Source: Tubiluchus corallicola (lineage: Eukaryota > Animalia > Priapulida). Taken from it: 36,605 bases of DNA. The position numbers and the translations under genes were made by a program. The notes under the pieces were generated by a model. That model was given only the letters and a program-made list of their open reading frames with translations, did no database searches and had not been told where the DNA came from. The DNA lies in contig JAQGDQ010000595.1 in assembly GCA_030141605.1 (NCBI GenBank), positions 96,126 through 132,730 on the forward strand, in the 5' to 3' direction. Shown piece by piece: positions 12,461 to 36,605 of this stretch. The first letter of the stretch is position 1. Each line of letters opens with the position of its first letter.

Positions 12461-13424
12461 GTTTTCGATCAAGTAAGCAGTCGTGAAGTGAGGACTAGGA
12501 AGTTACCAGTCTGGTACGGTGTACGTAAGTGTCAAAAACTCTTACTATGTTTTTTATTTAATATTTTTTGCACTTTCGCTTAAAATTCAATGCTTTTTGC
12601 AATTTTTTTAGCTCAAGATTGTTTATTTCACAAAACACGTTGCATTGCTGATTCTTGCATCATATGTTAGTCATGGTTTGCGAGGTTACACATCAGCTAA
12701 CAATGTAGATTACTGCAACAGAGTTGTAAGAAGTGTAGTCGCCTTAATTTTGAAGCCAGATGTGCTTGTGTCTAAATTGTCTCATCAAAAACAATTATAA
12801 TATCTTTGCAAGGCAAGCGACAGAAATCAATCGTGCCATACAGACGTATGCCAGTTTAGCGGCTCGCTGGACCAAAGTAGCTTTAATTTCCTTTAGCTTT
12901 AGCAATTTCTTTAAAGTAAGGCCAAAAAAGACTGTATACCAATTTGCATCTATACCTTTAAATCAAAAATAATTTAACATAAACTTGTTGTTAATCATTG
13001 TTAAGTGAAAAAAGTGGGCAAAAGTTCATAATTCTTAAAGGAAACCGCTGCTTCGAGGACTGGTGTAAAGTCACTAACGGAAAACACCAAAACTGCACAG
13101 ATTTAGGCAAAATGAACTTTTATTGAAAACAGTAAAGAAGTTTAATAGCAACAGGCTCATCAGCTAAAGAATGGTGATATTACAACTGGCTTACAACAGG
13201 TAAGTCCAGGTTGGGCAGAGGCTAACAGTTAAGTAGTAAAGCCTATGTCACAAGTAGGATGTAACCAAAGTGACAGAGGGAAGTGTTGGCACAATTGAAG
13301 CCATTGTGCTCTTACACTGGAGTTGTTAACTTATAAAGAGAAGACTTACTGTACAAGATGGTGGCAAATCTTTTTTAAATTAGTAACGATTAATGTCATT
13401 GGCTTCTCCAAAGGAAGCTTGTTA

Positions 13425-13750
13425 AAGCGCAAGAAAACACGTTATTTATAAATTAAGTTTGAAAAACTTGTCTTGAAATTTTGCATCACTTACATGGTGT
13501 CTTATTGCCTACGTGTTAGCAGTAACACCGTATTCATAAAATTTGTTAACTTAAACCCCGCGATGAAAGTTAGGCACAGCCGTTTTAACAGTAAGTGATT
13601 TGAAACAAGTTTAGATAACATTGTATGAAGTTTGAAAAAATGATCGGAGCATTCGTAGCACAGGCTTCGGTAAATAAGCAAATTTTTTTATTACTTTATA
13701 TTGTCAGTAAAATCAACAACGTGTTTTTGGTGAATCAGTGGTGCACAGTG
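13425..13750. repeat. Old dispersed repeat, diverged copy at about 36202..36527
   Basis: Colinear shared blocks gtcttgaaatttt, cacttac, cagtaac, gataaca, gagcattc, taaataag, tttttgg, agtgg.gcac. Confidence 0.6.
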
Positions 13751-14510
13751 GGAAGGCAATGCATTTCATTTTACCAGGTGGTGCGAACATTTTAAATTAT
13801 TAAGAATTTTCTTTTTTAGCTACTGTAAGTCTTTCAAATAGATAAGTGTAATACTAAATAATATAACTTTGTATGGACAGTTTTCTAACATAGTTAATTC
13901 AACATTTGCTTTTCTTCCCCTCAAGTTTGCTTCACTTATGAATGAGCCAATCATATACGGCATAGCATGAAGAGAAGGTTTTGTGATTTAACACGTGAAA
14001 GCAGGACTAAAGCTTCTTTCACGTTGCATTCACTAGTAGATTAGAAAATATTGATTAAGCTACAACTTACACATTATTTAGTGTGCAAAGTAAATTCGGT
14101 GGGTGATCTGGAGTCGAATGGTCATCAATCAGTGATTGATTTGGTCAGATTCCCAGTGAAAAAATATTAATTAATACTTTTAATGAGAAATGTTCACATA
14201 GTTTATTGTTTTAGAAAAAAACAACTCCACTAATTATCCTAATTAGGATATCCTATTGTGAATTCAGATTTTTGAAGTGTAGCGATGTTTTGTTTAATAA
14301 AGTTGTTTAGCTGTCTTTGTATAAAAATATTTCTAATTCCCGACAGAATATGTATAATTGTATTGGGGGTGCTTTAAGAGTACTAGTAATGGCTCATTAA
14401 CTACATGACATTTTGTAACTGGTCATTTTTCCTGAATTTTCATTGTTTGTTTGTTACTGTTGTATCGTTTTTTTATATTTTTTGTCTTTTGCACGTAAAA
14501 GCTTACATTA

Positions 14511-16330
14511 ATGAATTTAGATAAACGTCCTACTCCCCCACAAGGTCTTTATATAAGTGGGATACTTAGTTAAGTATTAATTTTTGCCAGAACCACCGAA
14601 ACAATTATGATCGTCATATTTCATCTACATTGATGAATTTAGATAAACGTCCTACTCCCCCACAAGGTCTTTATATAAGTGGGATACTTAGATAAGTATT
14701 AATTTTTGCCAGAACCACCGAAACAATTATGATCGTCATATTTCATCTACATTGATGAATTTAGATAAACGTCCTACTCCCACACAGGGTCTTCATATAA
14801 GTGGGATACTTAGTTAAGTATTAATTTTTGCCAGAACCACCGAAACAATTATGATCGTCATATTTCATCTACATTGATGAATTTAGATAAACGTCCTACT
14901 CCCACACAGGGTCTTCATATAAGTGGGATACTTAGATAAGTATTAATTTTTGCCAGAACCACCGAAACAATTATGATCGTCATATTTCATCTACATTGAT
15001 GAATTTAGATAAACGTCCTACTCCCACACAGGGTCTTCATATAAGTGTGATACTTAGATAAGTATTAATTTTTGCCAGAACCACCAAAACAATTATGATC
15101 GTCATATTTCATCTACATTGATGAATTTAGATAAACGTCCTACTCCCACACAGGGTCTTCATATAAGTGTGATACTTAGATAAGTATTAATTTTTGCCAG
15201 AACCACCGAAACAATTATGATCGTCATATTTCATCTACATTGATGAATTTAGATAAACGTCCTACTCCCACACAGGGTCTTCATATAAGTGGGATACTTA
15301 GATAAGTATTAATTTTTGCCAGAACCACCGAAACAATTATGATCGTCATATTTCATCTACATTGATGAATTTAGATAAACGTCCTACTCCCACACAGGGT
15401 CTTCATATAAGTGGGATACTTAGATAAGTATTAATTTTTGCCAGAACCACCGAAACAATTATGATCGTCATATTTCATCTACATTGATGAATTTAGATAA
15501 ACGTCCTACTCCCACACAGGGTCTTCATATAAGTGGGATACTTAGTTAAGTATTAATTTTTGCCAGAACCACCGAAACAATTATGATCGTCATATTTCAT
15601 CTACATTGATGAATTTAGATAAACGTCCTACTCCCACACAAGGTCTTCATATAAGTGGGATACTTAGATAAGTATTAATTTTTGCCAGAACCACCGAAAC
15701 AATTATGATCGTCATATTTCATCTACATTGATGAATTTAGATAAACGTCCTACTCCCCCACAAGGTCTTCATATAAGTGGGATACTTAGATAAGTATTAA
15801 TTTTTGCCAGAACCACCGAAACAATTATGATCGTCATATTTCATCTACATTGATGAATTTAGATAAACGTCCTACTCCCACACAGGGTCTTCATATAAGT
15901 GGGATACTTAGATAAGTATTAATTTTTGCCAGAACCACCGAAACAATTATGATCGTCATATTTCATCTACATTGATGAATTTAGATAAACGTCCTACTCC
16001 CACACAGGGTCTTCATATAAGTGGGATACTTAGATAAGTATTAATTTTTGCCAGAACCACCGAAACAATTATGATCGTCATATTTCATCTACATTGATGA
16101 ATTTAGATAAACGTCCTACTCCCCCACAAGGTCTTTATATAAGTGGGATACTTAGTTAAGTATTAATTTTTGCCAGAACCACCGAAACAATTATGATCGT
16201 CATATTTCATCTACATTGATGAATTTAGATAAACGTCCTACTCCCCCACAAGGTCTTTATATAAGTGGGATACTTAGATAAGTATTAATTTTTGCCAGAA
16301 CTAATGAAAAATTTATGATCATCATATTTC
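14511..16330. repeat. Tandem array of about 15 x 122 bp
   Basis: Unit atgaatttagataaacgtcctactcc...catatttcatctacattg; starts at 14511, 14633, 14755 ... 16219. Confidence 0.97.
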
Positions 16331-16489
16331 GTTTTTTCATACAATATGTGTACTGTTGATTTTTATTGAATGAGCAGTATATTCTTATCCTCTTAAATTA
16401 GTATACTCTTAAATGGTAGTACCCTTCTAAACCATGACCAAAATACAGTTAAATTTGATGTTGTTCAAACATATATAAAAAATATTTGT

Positions 16490-17669
16490 TGTGACAGCGT
16501 GTCTAAGTAAATGTTAAATTGTTGTTAGGATGTTTTGCCAAGCAGTCCCGCTGTCACGAGGTATACCTTTATTGACAAAAATATAGTAGAAATTTGCACA
16601 TGAGTCCGTGTATGACAGTGTGAACAATGCTTTATGTTTATACCTTAATTCTCTAGGAATACAATTACCCAAACAACAGGATTTTTAATAATAATAATAA
16701 TAAAGAGGATATTTAATTATTTTCGATTCTCGCAGAGAAAAAAAAAACTAATGCCGGCGTATAAAGTTCTTTTGTAAACAAACACTTTGAAACACAATAC
16801 TAGTTAACGTGATAATAACGCAATAATAGTCAACTGGATAAATCTAGTTAAAATTTAACATTTTTTTACTCATCTTTACGATGACTGGGCCCAGCATAAC
16901 TGTCCAGGGAGATGGATACCATCAGCAATGCTTCTACCACGTATTCGCCCGAATACCACGTCTCCAACCATGAAACGTACCAAGTTTCCTACGACGTATC
17001 CAATATGGCTGCCAGGACACGTCTGCCAAAAACTATCAGATCCTATGTCTCCAACAAATGACAATTGACTCCTCTAGATGGTATTGCACTGGATAATGTC
17101 ATTAAGCAACCAAACTGGAACTCAGTCTCCATAAGAGGAAGAGTTTAATGACAAGCATTCCGTACATGAAACAACAGAGGTGTTCTATCCTGGATGGCTT
17201 CCACTGGTATTACCATCAAGAAACACAATCGGAGGTTACGTGAATAAACAAGTTTCTTTCCAAAACCTCTCTAACCAATAACCAAATTGCCCATGGAGTG
17301 GCTTTCACTTTCGAGGCATACACACATGTTCAAAACTGGCAACATGCTATCAACAAAAATTTGCTCTTTTTACTTTGAGCTACAAAACCAGATAGACCAC
17401 GAAACTAGGCCAATACCTGGCCAGGTAGGTAAATTTGGTCATGTGACCCAGGCTCTAGTCACTCAAGCATGTAAAGTGCTTCCATCTAATGTTACAAAAA
17501 AAATCAACTGGCAACAAAAATCACAAGTCTAATAAAACGTACTAACAATCATGGCAATCAATGTCATAACAATAATAACGAAACTTTGGATTGTCATCAA
17601 AAATACATTAATAAAAAATGTCAATCAATTATTCGTAGCGCATCACCATGGACGCCTTCGGTCGTCACA
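16490..17669. mobile_element. Probable solo LTR (1180 bp)
   Basis: TGTGAC...GTCACA termini (TG..CA with short inverted repeat) and perfect 5-bp TSD TTTGT at 16485-16489 and 17670-17674. Confidence 0.7.
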
Positions 17670-18182
17670 TTTGTCGATTCGCTTATTAGTGTGGTCAATT
17701 TTATTCCTTTTGCTTATTAGTATGTAGCATAGTACTAATGTATGTATGTCATTGTAAATTAATCTATTTCTATGTATTTCATCTGCAATAGTTACGCCAC
17801 CTGTATAAATTTCTTCTTCCTGATGCCTGTTTATCAGTGGTTACTGTGGCCAAAGGTCCCTATGACAATAACGAAAATATGATTATATCAAAAAAAAAAT
17901 TATTTAATTCGTTGATTGATTTTACACAACATTGCACCAGGGTGTAGACTGATTTGTCATCATTAACCTAACAAAGTTAGTCAAACAGCTAATTAGTCAC
18001 ATTTCCATTGTTGTTTCTCATGTCATCAACTTCTATTCATTAATGCAACACTCACCATTGTGTTGTATACAAATGCTGCATACGAACAAATATTAATAAT
18101 GCCTAGCCTGTCAACATACGGTTGATTTATAGGCTGAATTTCAGTCTTAGAAAATGATCTTGTGAACGTTTTTATTGGCTGG

Positions 18183-18839
18183 TGATATGTCATTGAACCA
18201 CAGGTACTTTGACCAAATTGTTATGCACAGGTAGTAAAGTGAAACGAACTCATTTGCAACAAAGTTTTGATGTCATACAAATGTAGAAAACATTTCTGTG
18301 TCCATGGTTTTCATGTAAATGGAACAGGTTAGCCAATGATGTTGTTGATGCTACTATCATTGAGGTAAATAAGCAGTAAACACGCTGCACTAACAGTATT
18401 ATAACTGCTAGCACCTGGATCTGCTGCAATAAGCTTACGAAGTGGTCCAGTTCACTGTCTGCATGTTTAACGCTCTGGTTTAAACAATGGCCTAACAGCG
18501 GGGCTTGCTTAATGTAAGGTTGTGGAAGGACGAGAACCTATTTGAAACTATCTCGTTACGAGGAATAATCTGCAGAGACAGTGAACAGAACTGGGTTAAA
18601 ATACAATAAGCAAATTTAATGTTTTTACCTTGTGTAAAAGAGTTGTAAGTAACTGACAGTGTGGACAAAGAAACATATAAATACAACATTTATCAATCGT
18701 AATGGGAAAAAAATTGTATATTGAAGCTGAACAATTTCCTGTTTACAACTAAGTTCTTATTCATTTCGATCGCACCTTTTGTTTTTGTTGACAGAACTTT
18801 GAAACCTTAACAACAGTACAGTTATTTAATATTGATCTG
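18183..18839. repeat. Left arm of long inverted repeat (partner 21762..22901)
   Basis: Continuous reverse-complement match, e.g. ttgaaccacaggtactttgacc vs ggtcaaagtacctgtggttcaa. Confidence 0.92.
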
Positions 18840-19721
18840 TTGTTGGCGACCAAGAAAAGACTTGTGGTCACGGTCACAATCGACTTTCGGAGCTCGTTTT
18901 GATGCTGATCATGATTGGGATAAAATAATTTAATACTTGACGTATGCAATTATAAATTCACAAATTAAACATATTGATATTTTTGTTTACATACAGCTGT
19001 ATTCGCATTTATTCTTACTTTTTACACTACTTTTCATCCCTGGTTTTTACATACTTTGTAGCCTTAGCCGCATACACCCTATAATATTTTTGCGAACATT
19101 GAAATAAGCCTACTTTCCCAGAAGGTTTGGCCTTTCCTTTAAGAAGCAACCCGAACTGTAAAGCATAGAATATTCGCTCGCATAATGCAATAAGCATTTT
19201 GTACTTTATTAATGACTACGCTGCTAATTCATCAGTAAACTGCTAGACAGACATGAAAACATTTGCAGTGTTTTCAGAGAAATCCTTCCTTACATAATAT
19301 GCATGACATGCATTAGAAACCAAAGTTTTAATGTAAAAGTGAACAGAAAGCAACAGGAAGCCTTCACACTAGTTGCGTAGCTCATATGTTTTCGATTTTC
19401 ACTAATTAAATCAATTTACAACCTAAACTACAAGGTTAAAAAAAATTTGAAGACGACCCTTTTACGGTACACTTTGCAGTTTACCCTCCTCCAGACGGCG
19501 AGCTAAACAGAAGGGAGAGAGTCAACCCTTCTATACACAAACAACGAGATTTGATGATAATTACGTAAAGAATAACAAATTATGTAGTGGGAACATTTTT
19601 TAATGCTACAAAAAGACACATACACAACACTGTTAAACAATATGACAGTGGGGCTACCAGTGTCTTACGTACTGCAGTTCAGTAGGCGCGTAGTTCAATT
19701 ATTTACATACTCTCCGTCAAG

Positions 19722-20121
19722 CAAGGCCGTAGTCGGCGGTCCGGCCATGGCCGGACCACTTTTTCTGCCATACGTGCCTAGACATTCTCAGCCCTGCGTA
19801 GAGTAAAAACTTATTTGCGGAGTACGATGACTCAAACTAGACTGAACAATCTCATGACTTTGCATGTACATATGGATAGAACAGACGCTCTCGACCTGAA
19901 GGAAATTGCGAACGAGTTTACTGCTAGAAATGAGCGGCGCAGATGTGTGTTTGGGAAGTTTTAATCAATCATGTCATCATTGAGTATGTGTAGTGCTCTA
20001 TTATATTATAACTCTGTATTATAAATTATAATACACTCTTCTATATGTTGCTGCTGTATTCTTCTTCTACCTGTTCCGTATTTGTGGCCGGACCACTTTT
20101 CAAAAGCCGACTACGGCCCTG
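19722..20121 (+). mobile_element. Internally deleted hAT transposon keeping the transposase C-terminal fragment
   Basis: TIR CAAGGCCGTAGTCGGC...GCCGACTACGGCCCTG; TCAAG on both sides; 19782..19964 encodes TFSALRRVKTYLRSTMTQTRLNNLMTLHVH...EF...RR..FGKF* (hAT dimerisation-domain pattern). Confidence 0.85.
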
Positions 20122-20362
20122 TCAAGTAGTCAGTAATCTACATCTGCACGACTGATGCCCGTTTCATCACCACTGATTCAATTTTTAAATTCTTTTTCTA
20201 GAGTATAAATTGCAATTTTGAGTTGGGCGAAATAAATTACATATATTTTGATTAAATGGACCATAATTTTTTACATGAGTTAGATAAAAATTTGAGTTAA
20301 AGCAATTTTGAGTTGCGCAGAATTAAATGTAGTAAATTAAACATCCAAAGATGCAAATATTA

Positions 20363-20549
20363 TGTAGCGAAAATTGCATAAGTAAACTTGTGTTTTAAGT
20401 GCAAGCGAGGTAAATTAGAAATTAAAAATGTTACAGTGCGGATTCGAACACGTGTCTTTCGTTCTATGTATGATATTAACTGTAGCGAAAATTATATAAG
20501 TAAACTCGTGTTTTAAGTGCAAGCGAGGTAAATTAGAAATTAAAAATGT
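20363..20549. repeat. Direct repeat of about 69 bp (20363..20431 and 20481..20549)
   Basis: tgtagcgaaaatt..ataagtaaact.gtgttttaagtgcaagcgaggtaaattagaaattaaaaatgt twice. Confidence 0.85.
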
Positions 20550-20819
20550 AGTTAAAAAGTTCCAGTTCCAGACAACCGTTCTAAGGTCTTTATGAGCTCT
20601 AAAGCTGCATAAATATCTAAATACTTTGGTAAATTCAAACAAAGTTCTTCAATGACATGGATATTAACATGAACAAACATGATATGCAAGCAAACTATAT
20701 TATGACAATGATCAGGAAGTAAAAGCTATAAAACCTCGTCAAGCAGGACCATGCAAACTAACATTACAAAGGTAGGTCAAGTTCAACAACTCATGGAAAT
20801 TACTCGGTGGAATCAACGT

Positions 20820-21330
20820 CAATCAATCAATCAATTTATTTCACTCCAGCAATACATATACAATACATCAACATACAATATTATTGGAAAAAAAAAGAAA
20901 CAGCATAGGTAAAAAACGTTGATGAAGTCAAATTAAGCAAATAAAAGAGTTGCTGTATGACACCTTGAAAGCTTGGCTTGTTAAGGTGGCAGAAATTAGT
21001 GAATGAAAGAATGGTTAGGGTTAGTAGACATGATGGAATGGAAAAAAATAGCAAGATTAGGGATAGGAAGAAGGAAAAGAGGAGAAGAAACGACCACAGT
21101 GTATGTTTAATTTACATAGAGGTATATTAAAATAGCATTATAATTGATTGGAAGCCATATATTGCGACTGCATGAGACATGGAAGCATTAAAATTGTATT
21201 AAAAGTATGAATCAAAAATGGTCCTTTTCAAGTACTTTTTGAAACTATAAATAGTTTTGTGTATTTTTACTTGGGCACTTATTTTATTCCAGTTATTGGG
21301 GGCTGTGAATTTAATAAAGTGCCTGGCAAT
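20820..21330 (-). mobile_element. 3' end of CR1/L2-like LINE with (TTGA)n tail
   Basis: Minus strand: IKFTAPNNWNK...FKKYLK-like ORF2 end, then AATAAA and ttgattgattga tail. Confidence 0.5.
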
Positions 21331-21761
21331 GAGTTCACAAAATACCTCAGTTAATAGTAATAACAATAATTATTTCTGTAAAACAATCCACTATTAAAGA
21401 TTCTTTCAGAGCTTGCTGCCATTTCTAATTATAATAATTATGTCGCTCTTAGGTCTTTCTTGACTACAACATTTAAACACAAATAATTAAGCTGCATACA
21501 GGAAATCTACAAAGTAATCATTTTGCTCTTATTTATTTATTTATTTAATTATTTCATAGCTGTAAGAGGCCACCTTGAGCTAAACTGGTCGTGATTGCGG
21601 TCCCACGAATTTCATGAAAGCAAAATCCTGTAATCTAGTACTCCATGATCCACATTGATAAAGTATGCACGAAATGCATTTACTGATAATAACGACTCAC
21701 TCTTATTGAACCACTAACGTTACATACACTCACGGAGACACAAACAGTGTCTTGTTTACTT

Positions 21762-22901
21762 CAGATCAATATTAAATAACTGTACTGTTGTTAAGATTCT
21801 GTCAACAAAAACAAAAGGTGGGATCGAAATGAATGACTACTTAGTTGTAAACAGGAAATTGTTCAGCTTCAATATACATTTTTTTCGCCATTACGATTGA
21901 TAAATGTTGTATTTATATGTTTCTTTGTCCACACTGTCAGTTACTTACAACTCTTTTACACAAGATAAAAACATTAAATTTGCTTATTGTATTTTACCCA
22001 GTTCTGTTCACTGTCTCTGCAGATTATTCCTCGTAACGAGATAGTTTCAAATAGGTTCTCGTCCTTCCACAACCTTACATTAAGCAAGCCCTGCTGTTAA
22101 GCCATTGTTTACACCCGAGCGTTACACACGCACACAGTGAACTGGACCATTTCGTAAGCTTACTGCGGCAGATCCAGGTGCTAGCAGTTATAATACCGTT
22201 AGTGCAGCGTGTTTACTGCTTATTTACCTCAATGATAGTAGCATCAACAAGATTATCAGGGATGAGAATGACAAATTGCAAAAAAACTCTGAAACAGGCT
22301 GGGGGTTTGGGGGCAGCGTAGGCAGCAACAAATTGCAATTTTATGACCACAGAGAGCCTCTAAGTGGACTTAAAATAACAATTACCTTGTTTCATGTATA
22401 ATTTAAAATACCCAACTATCAAGGATACATGATACCTAATTGTCTCAAAAACGCCCAAGTACTGGCCGCTCCTATGCAAAAGTATATAAAAACTGTTTGC
22501 AATTGACTCAAATAACTCCGCACAATTGATTCTATATTTTTATACATAGAGATATACACGTGGTTACACTGATGTACATGATGTAAACAAAGTGACTGCC
22601 TGCCAACTAGCGGTCTGCTTGTGGAATAATGTACTAGGTCCGTAAAAATTTCTTCAACGAATTTACGCGATTTACAAAAAAGGCATTACTGGTCTTCCAA
22701 AAACTCGGAATTCCGCGTATGCGCGGAAAATTCTCATCCCTACATCATTGGCTAACCTGTTCTATTTACATGAAAACCATGGGCACAGAAATGTTGTCTA
22801 CATTTGTATGGCATCAAAACTTTGTTGTAAATAAGTTCGTTTCACTTTACTACCTGCGCATAACAATTTGGTCAAAGTACCTGTGGTTCAATAAAGTATC
22901 A
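21762..22901. repeat. Right arm of long inverted repeat, interrupted by MITE A copy 2
   Basis: Reverse complement of 18183..18839 once 22257..22742 is removed. Confidence 0.92.
22257..22742 (+). mobile_element. hAT-like MITE family A, copy 2
   Basis: CAGGGATGAGAAT...ATTCTCATCCCTA; empty site visible in the left arm near 18340. Confidence 0.88.
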
Positions 22902-22980
22902 TGTAAATTGTATTTTTATTTTTAGGATAGAAGATTGCTTTATTAGTTTGTGGCATATTAGTTAAACGAAGGGATCAACA

Positions 22981-36149
<13,169 letters not shown>

Positions 36150-36605
36150 GTAATCACTACAGCATAAAAAACATCCGAATTTTTCCGGCAAAAATTATGC
36201 GGAAGCACCAGAAAACCCTCCAGTTACATAAAGCTTAAAATATTCGTCTTGAAATTTTATACCACTTACGTACTGCCTCTTTGCATGCAGGGCTTGTGTA
36301 TACAGTAACGCTGTATAAAACATGTAAATTTAAACTCCTGCAATGATCCTTAGGCGCAGGCATTTTGTTAGTAGGTCGTTTGAAATGAGTTTTGATAACA
36401 CTGAGTAAAGCTTGAAAAAAGTAATCAGAGCATTCATAGCTACATGTTACTAAATAAGTAAAATTTTAAATTACTGTATCTTGTCAATAAGATTAAAAAT
36501 ATATTTTTGGTTACTGAGTGGCGCACCTTTGTGGGTGAGTCAGCGACATTTTAATAATTGACACGTACATCTTAAATCAGTGGTTCCCAAAGTAGGGGTA
36601 AATTA

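Noticed and set aside
13100-13205. Possible extra ACLY 5' UTR exon ending at the strong CAG|GTAAGT donor
   Set aside because: No clear matching acceptor and no transcript evidence
14511-16330. CRISPR-like array (also 26782..27524)
   Set aside because: Contiguous tandem units with no unique spacers, eukaryotic context, no cas genes
16876-17064. ORF with PWWP-like FMVGDVVFGRIRG...PGQL
   Set aside because: Lacks the PWWP aromatic core, short, and lies in the probable solo LTR; likely chance
20432-20480. tRNA or SINE head (minus-strand GTTCGAATCC B-box)
   Set aside because: No cloverleaf or convincing A-box could be built

Overview
AT-rich animal (probably invertebrate) genomic DNA with spliceosomal introns, so the ORF track is largely uninformative. 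Three genes were rebuilt by hand from GT-AG exons: the last four coding exons of VPS50/syndetin (+, stop at 4022), a complete five-exon SUMO1-type gene (-, 12144..7342, 97 aa), and the first eight coding exons of ATP-citrate lyase ACLY (+, from 22981, running off the window). SUMO1 and ACLY probably share a head-to-head promoter near 12.15-12.45 kb with E-box/SRE-like motifs. Introns and intergenic DNA hold hAT-, piggyBac- and pogo-like MITEs, a hAT deletion derivative, a probable solo LTR, LINE 3' ends, 122-bp and 47-bp tandem arrays and long microsatellites. Best leads: an inverted MITE pair bracketing ACLY coding exons 1-4 (circRNA geometry) with one copy embedded in a second long inverted repeat, and a ~200-nt G-U-rich sense-strand hairpin in an ACLY intron. 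All identifications are by eye and recall; no database searches were run.
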